Of a DNA stretch of 64,000 nt, positions 9,192 to 19,174 are shown piece after piece. The position numbers were made by a program, and so were the translations under genes. Origin of the DNA: Candidatus Daviesbacteria bacterium (GTDB taxonomy: Bacteria; Patescibacteriota; Microgenomatia; Daviesbacterales; UBA10151); assembly GCA_016186955.1 (NCBI GenBank), contig JACPKP010000009.1, forward strand, positions 161,595-225,594. Reading direction: 5' to 3'. Every line of letters begins with the position of its first letter. Position 1 is the stretch's first letter. The notes beneath the pieces were generated by a model. It saw nothing but the letters and a program-made list of their open reading frames with translations. It was not told the DNA's origin and did no database searches.

Positions 9192-9720
9192 TAATTTTAT
9201 AAAAGAAACTGAGCTTAATGGGGTTTTTATAATTGCCAGGCCCACTTTTGAGGATGAGAGGGGGTTTTTTAGAGAAAGTTTTAGGAAAAGAGATTTAGAT
9301 AAAAGGTTAGGATATGAATTTAACCCGGTGCAGTCAAACCATTCCAGAAGTAAAAAAGGAGTCCTGCGGGGGATCCATGTTGCCCCATGGCATAAACTGG
9401 CGACTGTAATTTCTGGTGCAGTCCAGCAGGTGGTGGTGGATTTAAGGAAAAAGTCACCCACTTTTGGTCAGCATATCTCCATGTTAATAAACGAAGAAAA
9501 CAGGATCAGTTTGTGTATTCCAGCAGGATGCGGCAATGCATATCTGGTTTTGTCGGATGGGGTGGACTATACATATCTTACTACTGATTATTGGTCTGCC
9601 GGAAAAGAATTGGGAATAATTTATAATGACCCAAAATTAAATATTAAATGGGAGATAGATTCTCCAATACTTTCTGAAAAAGATTTGGAAAACCCTCCAG
9701 TATCAGAAATTTTTCCATGA
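9184..9720 (+). CDS. rmlC: dTDP-4-dehydrorhamnose 3,5-epimerase
   Basis: 178 aa cupin; conserved RGIHV and YxxxxxDY-type region; ATGA overlap with rmlB. Confidence 0.8.
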   Translation: MDDNFIKETELNGVFIIARPTFEDERGFFRESFRKRDLDKRLGYEFNPVQSNHSRSKKGVLRGIHVAPWHKLATVISGAVQQVVVDLRKKSPTFGQHISMLINEENRISLCIPAGCGNAYLVLSDGVDYTYLTTDYWSAGKELGIIYNDPKLNIKWEIDSPILSEKDLENPPVSEIFP

Positions 9721-10616
9721 AAAAAAAGATTTTAATATTTGGTGAGAACGGTTTAGTGGGTTCCAGATTTTCTGAGACTCATAACAGCACATTTGAAATT
9801 ATTGCACCAACTATGGAAGAGGTCAATATTTTGGATGAAGCCCAAATAAAACAATCTGTTGAAGAGAACAATCCTGATATCATCATAAACTTTGCAGCAT
9901 ACACAAATGTTGATGAGGCGGAAAAAGAAAAGGGTGATAAAAATGGGTTAATCTATAAATTAAACTCCCTAGCCCCAAAAACCCTAGCTGAAATTTGTAA
10001 AAAAAATAATAGATTTTTGGTCCATTTTTCAACAAGTTATGTATTCGACGGCACTCAAAAGGATAGGCCTTATAAAGAAGATGACCCGAAAAATCCGCTC
10101 GGGTGGTATGCTAAAACCAAACATTTTGCCGATGAGTTTATCGGGAGTAGCGGATGTGATTTTTTAATTATCAGGATTGAAATGCCTTACAGAAGCCATT
10201 ATCCCCAGAAAAAAGATTTGGCCAGGTTTTTTTTAGAACAATTACACATGGGTAAAGAAGTTGTGGCAGTGAAAAATCAGAAAATAACTCCGGGATTTAT
10301 AGATGATATTGCTCATGCTTTGGCGAAGATCATTATTGGAAAAACAAAAGGGATATTTCATCTTGGCTCAACGGATTTTACCACCCCGTATGATTTTGCC
10401 CGGCAAATAGCGCAGGAGTTTAATTTAGATAAAAAATTGATCAAAGAATGTTCTTTTGCAGAGTACCATAAAACCAGGATTGCACCAAGGTCCCAGTACA
10501 GCTGGTTGGATATAAATAAGTTCGTCAGCCAATTTGGTGATGGAATCCTTCATACAAACGCAGATAATATCAAGACTTTTAAAAAACAGATTGACACGTT
10601 TTTAAAATTAGCTTAA
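9717..10616 (+). CDS. rmlD: dTDP-4-dehydrorhamnose reductase
   Basis: MKKKILIFGENGLVGSRF; SDR fold ~300 aa; position after rmlC. Confidence 0.7.
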   Translation: MKKKILIFGENGLVGSRFSETHNSTFEIIAPTMEEVNILDEAQIKQSVEENNPDIIINFAAYTNVDEAEKEKGDKNGLIYKLNSLAPKTLAEICKKNNRFLVHFSTSYVFDGTQKDRPYKEDDPKNPLGWYAKTKHFADEFIGSSGCDFLIIRIEMPYRSHYPQKKDLARFFLEQLHMGKEVVAVKNQKITPGFIDDIAHALAKIIIGKTKGIFHLGSTDFTTPYDFARQIAQEFNLDKKLIKECSFAEYHKTRIAPRSQYSWLDINKFVSQFGDGILHTNADNIKTFKKQIDTFLKLA

Positions 10617-10628
10617 TATAACTACTTA

Positions 10629-11699
10629 ATGGTTAAGCAACATGATCTTACCGGTAAGAGTCAACTTTCTTTGAAAAAGAGGGCATTCATCACCGGGATA
10701 ACAGGACAAGACGGTTCATACTTGGCAGAGTTTTTGCTTGAAAAGGGTTATGAAGTTGGGGGATTCATCCGCAGCAGCAGTACAGGGCATTTAGGAAATG
10801 TTGACCATTTGCGGTCAGAGATACAGTTTTTTAGGGGAAGCTTAGATGATGAAAGGTCTATCGAAGCTGCTGTTTCAGAATTCAAGCCTGATGAAATTTA
10901 TAATTTGGGTGCGGAAGCATCGCCTGCAGATTCCTTCAAAAGAAGGGTTTATACCTCCGATATAAATGCTTTAGGCCCCTTGAGAATTTATGAATCTGCC
11001 TTAAGATTGAAGCGGTCAGGACGTAATGTTAAAGTATACCAGGCTTCAACTTCTGAATTATACGGAGCCCCTCCCGTTGCGCCCCAGGATGAAAATACTT
11101 TGATGAAACCCAATAACCCTTATGGCGCTGCGAAACTTTTGGCGCACCATAATGCCAGGATTTTGAGAGAGGGTAGCGAGAAGTTATTTGTAGTTTGCGG
11201 AATTTTATTTAACCATGAAAGTCCAAGGCGCGGTATGCAATACGTTACCAGAAAAGTTACAGTAGGAGTGGCTTGTATTGTTAATAAAGTTAAAAATCCT
11301 CCGCTGAACGAAGCCGGTAAACCGATTATCACTAAGGATTGGAAATTTGAAATGGGAGCCTTAAATACTAAAAGGGATTGGGGTTATGCTAAAGAATATA
11401 TTCAGGCCATGTGGTTGATGATGCAACAGGATGAGCCTGATGAGTTTGTGATAGCTACCGGTGAGACGCATAGTATCCAGGAGCTTTTAGAAGTTGCATT
11501 TAAGCATGTGGGTTTGGATTGGAGGGATCATGTTGTGCAAAATCCGGATTTTTTAAGACCGTTAGAAACAGGTCCCAGCCATGCCCCGCTTTGGGGGAAT
11601 CCTGCTAAGGCAAAAAAAGTTTTGGGATGGGAAGCAAAAGTGAAGTTTAAAGAGCTAATTGGTATCATGGTTGACAGCGATCTTGCGAAGTTCTCCTAA
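10629..11699 (+). CDS. gmd: GDP-mannose 4,6-dehydratase
   Basis: RAFITGITGQDGSYLAEFLLEKGYEV; ...ASTSELYG...; NPYGAAKLLAH; GILFNHESPRRG. These are hallmark GMD motifs. Confidence 0.85.
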   Translation: MVKQHDLTGKSQLSLKKRAFITGITGQDGSYLAEFLLEKGYEVGGFIRSSSTGHLGNVDHLRSEIQFFRGSLDDERSIEAAVSEFKPDEIYNLGAEASPADSFKRRVYTSDINALGPLRIYESALRLKRSGRNVKVYQASTSELYGAPPVAPQDENTLMKPNNPYGAAKLLAHHNARILREGSEKLFVVCGILFNHESPRRGMQYVTRKVTVGVACIVNKVKNPPLNEAGKPIITKDWKFEMGALNTKRDWGYAKEYIQAMWLMMQQDEPDEFVIATGETHSIQELLEVAFKHVGLDWRDHVVQNPDFLRPLETGPSHAPLWGNPAKAKKVLGWEAKVKFKELIGIMVDSDLAKFS

Positions 11700-11718
11700 A
11701 TTCACATACAATCAACCC

Positions 11719-12903
11719 ATGGCAAAAAAAATAGTAATTGTACTGCCTACCTATAATGAGAGAAATAGCCTTAAGAAATTCATTGATGAAGTTTTTGAGC
11801 AAGGAAGAAATCTACCCGGCTATAACATTGAAATTTTAATTTCTGACAGCAAATCCCCGGATGGTACAGGAGAACTTGCCGAAAGCTTGTCAAGAAAAGA
11901 CCCTAGGATTCATGTTATTAAGGTTGGGAGAGGTTTAGGTGTTGGCCTTATAGAAGGTCATAACTATTCCCTAAAAAAATTAAAGCCGGATATTATGGTC
12001 CAACTTGATGCAGATGGGCAGGTTCAGGCAGATGTTTTGCCAAGACTTATTAATACACTTGGAGAAGGTTATGATTTTGTATTCGGTTCAAGATTTGTTA
12101 AAGGGGGTAAAAATAAATTATCTTTTCAAAGGAGACTTTTTAGCGCAGGAGCTTCCCTTATCTGCAGACTAATAATGGGCCCTTTTAGTATCAAGGAATT
12201 TACCAATTCTGCAAGAGCTTTTACACCGGCTCTTTTTAAGAAAATTAACTTGGAAAGACTCCCATGGCGGGAACAGACATTTATTGTACAACCGGCCTTT
12301 TTAAATGAGGCCATTTTAGCAGGAGCAAAATATAAAGAGGTACCTTTGGTGTTTCGGAACAGGCATGAGGGTTATTCCAAAAACAAAGTTGTAAATTATA
12401 CTTATGATGTTATTACATACTCGCTTGATGCCAGGCTTCATAAATGGGGAATTGATTTTCCGCTTTTTTACTACTCAAGAAGGGCAAAAACAATAATAAA
12501 ATTTGCGATTGTGGGCTTTATCGGGGTAGCAGTAGATTTTATTTTTTATAATTTTTTTATCTCTTTTTTAGGGTTTAGGCCCGCTACAGCCAAGGGGTTT
12601 TCAACTGAAATAGCAATCCTAAACAATTTTTCTTTCAACAATATCTGGACTTTTAGGCATAGGAAAACAAAAAGCACTTTTTGGCAAAAATTGGGGATTT
12701 TTAACCTAGTCAGCCTTGGAGGGTTGGCGATAAGCGTTCTAATTATTAAATTTCTACACGTTGTTTATGGTGACGGGTTTGTTTTATTTTTAGGGATTAA
12801 AATAGCCTTTTATAACCTTTACTTTTTTGCAACACTACCGCCTGTTTTAATCTGGAATTTTACAGTAAACCATTTTATAACCTGGAAACACGAGCAAAAT
12901 TAG
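11719..12903 (+). CDS. GT2 polyprenol-phosphate sugar synthase (DPM1-like) fused to C-terminal GtrA-like 4-TM domain
   Basis: ATG at 11719 (MAKKIVIVLPTYNE...DSKSPDGT...QLDADGQ DXD). C-terminal 4 TM helices with GtrA-family character (IKFAIVGFIGVAVDF...NFTVNHFITW). Confidence 0.7.
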   Translation: MAKKIVIVLPTYNERNSLKKFIDEVFEQGRNLPGYNIEILISDSKSPDGTGELAESLSRKDPRIHVIKVGRGLGVGLIEGHNYSLKKLKPDIMVQLDADGQVQADVLPRLINTLGEGYDFVFGSRFVKGGKNKLSFQRRLFSAGASLICRLIMGPFSIKEFTNSARAFTPALFKKINLERLPWREQTFIVQPAFLNEAILAGAKYKEVPLVFRNRHEGYSKNKVVNYTYDVITYSLDARLHKWGIDFPLFYYSRRAKTIIKFAIVGFIGVAVDFIFYNFFISFLGFRPATAKGFSTEIAILNNFSFNNIWTFRHRKTKSTFWQKLGIFNLVSLGGLAISVLIIKFLHVVYGDGFVLFLGIKIAFYNLYFFATLPPVLIWNFTVNHFITWKHEQN

Positions 12904-12935
12904 ATGTTGGAGAGATAATTATTAGTAAAAAACAT

Positions 12936-15871
12936 ATGGATGGAGAACTGCCCCCATCATCAAGATTTAGTAGTTTGAAAAGAATGTTTGGTAAAGGAGA
13001 ACCTCCGCAACCACCCCCGGTTGAAAATGGTAGACAGATTGAAGGAGTAGCAACAGACCAAAAATTACTGCAATACTTTTATAGACTTAAAGGTGTTGAT
13101 GCCCATGCAATTGCAACGGATAGGTTTTTAGATAAATCCCGTGATGAATATAATGCAGCTTGGTTAACTCGAGAATTGGTGCAAAATTTTGTTGACCATA
13201 ACCCTCAACATCCTGGGACACTTAATGGTGTGAGATTTACTCAAGAACCCCTTCAAAATGGTGGCATGCGCGTTCGTATAGAAGGAGATTGGCCATTTAA
13301 GACCCTACAGGTGTTTTGAGTCCACATTCAGATAAACCAGAAGATATGAATACTGCTGGAGGAAATGGTATTGGACTGAAGCAAACTGCGATACGCTTTA
13401 TGAGAGATTTTGGCGTTCAAAGATTTGAAATTGATGGTGAAGGTTGGAGCACAAATTATCGTTTGGCTAAAGCAGAAGATGTAAATAGAGAATGGGAAAC
13501 AATACCAGGACAAGTACTTTTACATAAAGTTAAACATGATTGGCTTCTCGCAGATATAAATGAAGCTCCAAGAACAGGTAAAAATGCCTACATAATTGAG
13601 ACAAGCAATCCTGATGTGATGAAAGCACTTCAACAGCTCCCTACCCTTGGTGTATCTAGCGAAAATCCCTACCTACAAAATATGGATTATCAAAATAAAT
13701 TTGGAGCGATAAAGTGGTTGCCCAAAGGAGAGGGATTAGAACCAACAAGAGGTCGTTTATTCATAAACGGACAGGTTATGAACTATAAAGACAAAGGCTC
13801 TACTGCAGAAGATTATTGGGTAGGCCCTGAATCCGTCACAATTCAGCTTAACAATTTAAAGTATAAAATGAGTATTGATAGGCCTCCGGTAAATCCCCTT
13901 GAATTGGGTCGTTATATGGATGAGCTGGTTCAAGCTATGTCAAAAGATGAAATGATAGATCAATTAAGGCGCTCTGAACACCTGTGGGCTGGACACGTAG
14001 ATGCAGGATATGGAACAGATAGAGAAGGAGCTTTTGTAGTTGTTGAGAAATTAGCAAGAACACTTCCTTATAAAGGCTATGACCGCAGAGAATGGCAGCA
14101 GCATTTTGCTGGTAAAAATTACATAGCTTGGGATAGAGGTGTAAGTGAAAGTCAGGTTAGAGAGCTAGAGAAGCAGGGTTTTATTGTTTGTCCTGGTTAC
14201 ATGGAGCAGGTGGGTATGTCCAGTGCAAGCAGTAAATTGAGCACAGTAGAAGCTGCAAGCAATGAAGTTCCTCAAATTCCACAACATAAAAGAGAACAGT
14301 TTGCTCAAGAATATGGTATGGAAGTAGCCCGTGAGGAATTTTCAGATGTTAAAGACTCCTCAGAGTTCATAGGCTTAATAAGCAAAAAATTGTCTGGGGA
14401 AGTTATAGCCATAGAAGGCAATGAAGGAAATCCCAATATAATTCGTCTAATGCTAAGAGGAGATATACCAAAGGAGCTACTATTTCACATTTTACCAAGA
14501 CCAAAAAAAGATGACCAAAAGTTGGTATATTTATTGCGGGGAATGGCAGCTTATGGATTAGGAAATGGAATGTTTAAGAAAATCTTTACATCTCAGGGAG
14601 ATTTTGTAACAACTTTTGGACTTGACTACGATTTCTTAACAAAAGAAAGCACTCTACTTGCCCGCAATATCCCTCATAAAAGTGACAGAGGAGCATTTGT
14701 AGAACTTGAGCTAGAGGATAAATATTTACAGGAGTTTCAAGATGCATTCAGAAAAGCAACTGAGACAAGAGCTAGTGGACAATCAGAGGTTTTATCAGGT
14801 GGATTCTCAACCCCAACTGGAGAACTAACTGCATCTCCAGCTAAAGATAGTAGTAGACCTGCGATAGAGGTAGATATTAACAAAGCTATTGAAGTTCAAG
14901 CATGGACTGCCGAACAGGAACAACTCTATAAAGCAGTTATAAGAAAAAACCCTACCGAGTTATCAGACCAAGATAAACTTATTATCCAGCAAAGAGAACA
15001 GCTAAAACAAGCATTCGGTAGTGTTCCAGTGGCACAGCCAGCAGCTCCAGATATTGGAAGAAAAGGGAATGTTATCCAAAAAGAAGCAACAATGTCTGAA
15101 GCAGAAAAAGCAAGAGTCGCACAAATGGAATCCCAAATACCAGGCATTGTTGATGCTGTCAATAAATTAGATGGGTTAGTTCCTGAAGCCAAGCCAGCAG
15201 CGCCCGCAGGACAAAGTCCTATTGAAAAATATATGCAATGGAGGAAAACAGATCAGTTTTATGGTCAGTTGGGAGATAGTGCTGGATATCTTACCGGGAG
15301 ACATCTTGTTGAATTAGTACATGAACAAAATCAAGCAGAAATCTCATCTGTACAAGTAGTAAGAAATGAAACATCCCAAGATCAGATTTTGAGGACACTA
15401 AGAGGAAAATTAAAGAAGGTTGTTGACCGAATGAATCCATCCGAAGATAAGGTTGATGATTTTGAAATTGTCCTTGAGCCAACAGAGAAGCAACTGGCAC
15501 AACTTGGTTTATTAAGATTATATTCACAACTTACTTCAGGTGTTCCATTACCAAACGACCTTTTCATCTACGAAGGAACTGGTAGCAAAGGAATCAATTT
15601 AGGACAAAAGGCAATAGGTATGCACGAATCTCTTTTTACTGTGAAGTTTACTGAAGCAATGAGAACATTTACTCATGAAATAGCTCATAATTATCCTAAA
15701 GCCGAAGGCCATGGGAACATGTTTCGTCACGCAATGGAATCTTTGTTTGCGACAACAATTGATAGAGTCACAAATATTGCTAGAAAACTAGAGTCTGGTC
15801 AAACAGCAACACCAGAAGAGCGGATTATTTTAGATATGCAAACAGAATGGGATAATATCCTCGCTGCATAA
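12936..15871 (+). pseudogene. ~980-aa ORF with GHKL-ATPase-like motifs (N-terminal) and HExxH motif (C-terminal), interrupted by a frameshift at a T4 run (13314-13317)
   Basis: ORF 12936-13319 ends ...FKTLQVF*; ORF 13316-15871 continues in the -1 frame, which is open only from 13300, so one extra T fuses them. N-box-like ELVQNFVDHN sits ~40 aa before G1-like GGNGIGLKQ. HEIAHNYPKAEGHGNMFRH lies near the C-terminus; the middle is Pro/Ala/Gln-rich. Confidence 0.45.
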
Positions 15872-15882
15872 ATAAGTTATTT

Positions 15883-16482
15883 TTACTGAGATGTTTTGTA
15901 GGTAATAAAAGGAATAATTGCCAAGATGTTAATAACGCTGGCTAAAAGGAATAACGGTTTGAAACCATACTGGTTGGCGATAAAACCCCCTGCCATTGTT
16001 GAAAGCGCCATTAGGGCAAGATTGATGGAATCTGTAGCGCCCCATTCAACTGTTTCTTTGTGCCTGTCTAAATGTGTTGAGAAGAGTGAAAGTTTTGGCG
16101 GAGTGGCTATGCCAAATCCCCAGCCACAAATGATCCAGAAGATATAAAGCGGGAAGACAGTAGTTGTAAAGGCAAATCCGACATAGGAAATACTGACTAA
16201 AGAGATGCCTAAAATAACCAATGAGATTTTTTCACGGATGCCCAATTTTGACGAGAGTTTACTGGTTAAAAGTTCGGATATTATCCTTGCCACAAAATAG
16301 ACGCTGAATGTTGATGCGGCAACCTCGATATTTCCGCCGGAGATTTTATTGGTTGCAAAAATTGCAAAAATCGGTGTAAAAAGCGACCATGATGTCCAAA
16401 AAAAACTTTCAGAAATTATAAAACTTTTAACAAAAGGATTAACAGTGTTAAATAAATGACCATTTAAAATATCTTTAATCAT
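15883..16482 (-). CDS. 6-TM membrane protein (MFS-transporter-like half)
   Basis: 199 aa, ~6 predicted TM helices; no catalytic motif. Confidence 0.35.
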   Translation of the reverse strand: MIKDILNGHLFNTVNPFVKSFIISESFFWTSWSLFTPIFAIFATNKISGGNIEVAASTFSVYFVARIISELLTSKLSSKLGIREKISLVILGISLVSISYVGFAFTTTVFPLYIFWIICGWGFGIATPPKLSLFSTHLDRHKETVEWGATDSINLALMALSTMAGGFIANQYGFKPLFLLASVINILAIIPFITYKTSQ

Positions 16483-16487
16483 GTTTT

Positions 16488-17213
16488 CTATTCAGGGTTT
16501 TTAAGTGTTTTTACCATTGCAAGCATTCTTGTTGCTAGTTTTTCTTTTGAATCTGGAGATAAAAAATCTATTGCCGCCTTTTTAGAGATAATTTTTGTTT
16601 GTTGTTCTTGACCAAGCTTAACAAGAATGAGACCAAGCATATACGCCTCGCCCTTACTTTGACTAAATGTATATGCAGGAGTTTGAGTAAAATCATCGGA
16701 TGAAATCTGTTGATTAGATTCAGATTCTTGAATTTTTAATAATCTGTTTACATATCCAAACTCATCAAATAATTTTTTTATATCAGAAGGAGTAATAATA
16801 TCTTTAGGTTTTAAGCGGAGTTCTCCAATTTTTAAATCAATATTTCCTTCTAAAGCTTCTTCAATTTTTTCTACGACATCTGTTTCATTCCATTCAATTA
16901 AAATCCACTTTAATATTGCAGCTTGTCCAGATTGAAATCCAGCTAAGCGAGTAGCCCTTGGGGTGTTGTTTTTTATTCTAGAAGAAGCTTTCGTTAAATT
17001 GTAATATTGTTCAAGAAATTCATTATAATCATTTAAAGTTAATTGTTTGATTTGATTTGGTTGTATTTCTTGATCAAATAAAAGACCTCCTAAATTTCGT
17101 ATTGGATTTTCAGTCAGTAATCCCTCTTGTTGTAGTCGCTCTTTTTCTCGTCGAAAGATTTCCTCTGCTTGTCTTACAGCTTCTTCTTTTTCTGAATTGT
17201 TTTCATCAGCCAT
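16488..17213 (-). CDS. hypothetical protein (241 aa), N-terminal charged/coiled-coil-like
   Basis: ORF only; tight 5-nt spacing to the downstream minus-strand gene. Confidence 0.45.
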   Translation of the reverse strand: MADENNSEKEEAVRQAEEIFRREKERLQQEGLLTENPIRNLGGLLFDQEIQPNQIKQLTLNDYNEFLEQYYNLTKASSRIKNNTPRATRLAGFQSGQAAILKWILIEWNETDVVEKIEEALEGNIDLKIGELRLKPKDIITPSDIKKLFDEFGYVNRLLKIQESESNQQISSDDFTQTPAYTFSQSKGEAYMLGLILVKLGQEQQTKIISKKAAIDFLSPDSKEKLATRMLAMVKTLKNPE

Positions 17214-17222
17214 AAGGATATT

Positions 17223-18404
17223 CTAATTAAAAACTCCTAAATTTGGAATAGGGGCGACATTTTCTAAGATGAAGTTTTGGGCATAGAGATAAATCCCTAA
17301 AGCTACTATTACAAAAGCAATTTTAAATTCTTTGCTGGTTAAAATCCTCTCAAAAGCTATCAGTAAAAATGGGAAAATTGGTAATGTGTAGCGGCTGATA
17401 TCTCTATGCACAACCATAATTGAAGCGACTATATAAATGAGTACAAAAAATGCCATTGGGTACAATTTTTGTTTGAGTAAATAAATTCCTCCAAAAAAGC
17501 CAAGAATAAAAATATAGACTATATCTTCAAGCCAGATCTCGCCCACCCAAAATGCATGTTTATCAAAAACCTGAAAAGGAGGTAAGGTAAGGTGGATATT
17601 ATCACCTGAATGAAAATAAGCCCAAAAGTCGTGGTAAGAAATCCCAAACCAGTAAAAAACTGTAAAAAGGCCGAGAGGAATAAGAAGAAGAGGATAGTAA
17701 GGAAGCACTCTTTTGATATTAGATTGCCACGTCACGTTCAGTAAATGAACGTGACTCGCAATGACAGACCATAGGATATAAATACCTAATGCAATAAAAA
17801 GCAAAATACCCGGTGGTCTGGTAAGCTGGGCAAAAAGGCCTGACAATCCGGTAAGGTAGATCCATAGCCATTTCCGGGATTGTTCAAATTTCATAAAGCA
17901 ATAAATCGCGGTGATTATGAAAAATATAAACATAGGTTCTGAGGATCCGACACTATGCACAATCAGCCATCTGGCAGGTAAAACTAAAAACAAAAGAGTG
18001 AGCCAAAGCGGATGGCTTGATAGTTTGAAGTCTCTAACCAGAAAATAAAAGGCTTTGGCTGAAAATAAAGTAAAAATAAAAGGAATAAAAAGCATTGATT
18101 TTAAAAACCCCAAAAATTGTGCGGCGGCCAGTATGAAAATTGAATAGAGAGGAAAATGGGAGGCATAATAAGTGGCAGGCAATGATTGAGGTAAATTAGC
18201 AATTAAGTTTGGATTGTAGAAACTTTTGGCTATGATGACATATTCCAACCCGTCAAAATTCCTGTAGATTGTATTGAATCCGTTGCTAAAATCAAGGTTG
18301 AAAAAACTTTTTATTGCAAGTAAATGAGGTAACCATATGAGTAATGTAATAATAGTTACTGCTAAATCTATTATTAAAAAAACTTTAAATACTTCTTTGT
18401 TCAT
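17223..18404 (-). CDS. polytopic membrane protein (393 aa), possible GT-C-type glycosyltransferase or Wzy-like polymerase
   Basis: More than 10 TM helices; divergently oriented to the GT2/GT-C array; contains in-frame copy of the palindromic element (17720-17765, encoding VIASHVHLLNVTW). Confidence 0.5.
   Translation of the reverse strand: MNKEVFKVFLIIDLAVTIITLLIWLPHLLAIKSFFNLDFSNGFNTIYRNFDGLEYVIIAKSFYNPNLIANLPQSLPATYYASHFPLYSIFILAAAQFLGFLKSMLFIPFIFTLFSAKAFYFLVRDFKLSSHPLWLTLLFLVLPARWLIVHSVGSSEPMFIFFIITAIYCFMKFEQSRKWLWIYLTGLSGLFAQLTRPPGILLFIALGIYILWSVIASHVHLLNVTWQSNIKRVLPYYPLLLIPLGLFTVFYWFGISYHDFWAYFHSGDNIHLTLPPFQVFDKHAFWVGEIWLEDIVYIFILGFFGGIYLLKQKLYPMAFFVLIYIVASIMVVHRDISRYTLPIFPFLLIAFERILTSKEFKIAFVIVALGIYLYAQNFILENVAPIPNLGVFN
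17720..17765 (-). repeat. second copy (inverted orientation) of the ~50-nt palindromic core element, embedded in-frame in a CDS
   Basis: Reverse complement reads gtcattgcga-GTCACGTTCA-tttac-TGAACGTGAC-gtggcaatct. Copy 1 reads gtcattgcga-TCACGTTCA-gtttta-TGAACGTGA-gaagcaatct at 5188-5239. Shared flanks gtcattgcga and gcaatct plus the identical 9-bp stem. Confidence 0.5.
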
Positions 18405-18457
18405 ATCCGAAGAATCATCAAGATGACAGGGCTACATTTTGATGTTAGCATATTAGA

Positions 18458-19174
18458 ATGATTGTAAAAAGCCTTTCCGTATTTTTCCCGGCGTATAATG
18501 AAGGGGAAAATATTAAAAAAACTGTTCTAGATGTTAAAAAAGTCTTGGATGGGTTAAACCTTAAAGATTATGAAATTATAGTTGTAAATGATGGGTCAAA
18601 GGATAATACGGCAGAGGTAGTCACAAACCTTACAAAGCAGGATAAAAGGATCAGATTGGTTGGTCATAGTTCAAATAAAGGTTATGGTGACGCCTTAAAA
18701 ACAGGTTTTTCTTCATCAAAATACTCTTGGGTGGCATTTATGGATTCGGATGGGCAGTTTGATTTCTCAGAAATCACCAAATTTTTAGAAAAAGCCGACC
18801 AGGCCGACTTAATTTTAGGGTACAGGTTAACCAGGGCGGACACAATTTTGCGGAAAGTTTTTACATGGGGTTGGAAAACCTTGGCTGAGATTTTTTTAGG
18901 CCTGCAAGTCAGAGATTATTCATGCGGGTTTAAGATGATAAAAAGAGAGGTTTTTGATAGCATCCAGCCTTTGCATGCCAAGGAAAAAGTAACACAAATT
19001 GAAATGCTGGTAAAAGCCCAGCGGAAAGGATTCAAATTTGCTGAAGTTGGGGTGCATCATTATCCAAGAAAATTTGGCCTTGCTACAGGTGCAAATTTTT
19101 ATGTTGTCCTGAGAAGTTTTAGGGATTTTATGAAATTTTGGTTGGAGCTGAATTTTAATAAACAAAAAGCATGA
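18458..19174 (+). CDS. GT2 polyprenol-phosphate glycosyltransferase (DPM1/GtrB-like, soluble)
   Basis: FFPAYNEGENI...VNDGSKDNT...MDSDGQ DXD...CGFK motif set of the DPM1 family. Confidence 0.8.
   Translation: MIVKSLSVFFPAYNEGENIKKTVLDVKKVLDGLNLKDYEIIVVNDGSKDNTAEVVTNLTKQDKRIRLVGHSSNKGYGDALKTGFSSSKYSWVAFMDSDGQFDFSEITKFLEKADQADLILGYRLTRADTILRKVFTWGWKTLAEIFLGLQVRDYSCGFKMIKREVFDSIQPLHAKEKVTQIEMLVKAQRKGFKFAEVGVHHYPRKFGLATGANFYVVLRSFRDFMKFWLELNFNKQKA

Noticed and set aside
13317-13319. TGA read-through / alternative genetic code (code 25, TGA=Gly) as explanation for split ORFs
   Set aside because: Many well-supported genes in the window terminate at TGA and then overlap the next start (ATGA junctions), so TGA functions as a stop. 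The split ORFs are in different frames, not joined by an in-frame TGA.
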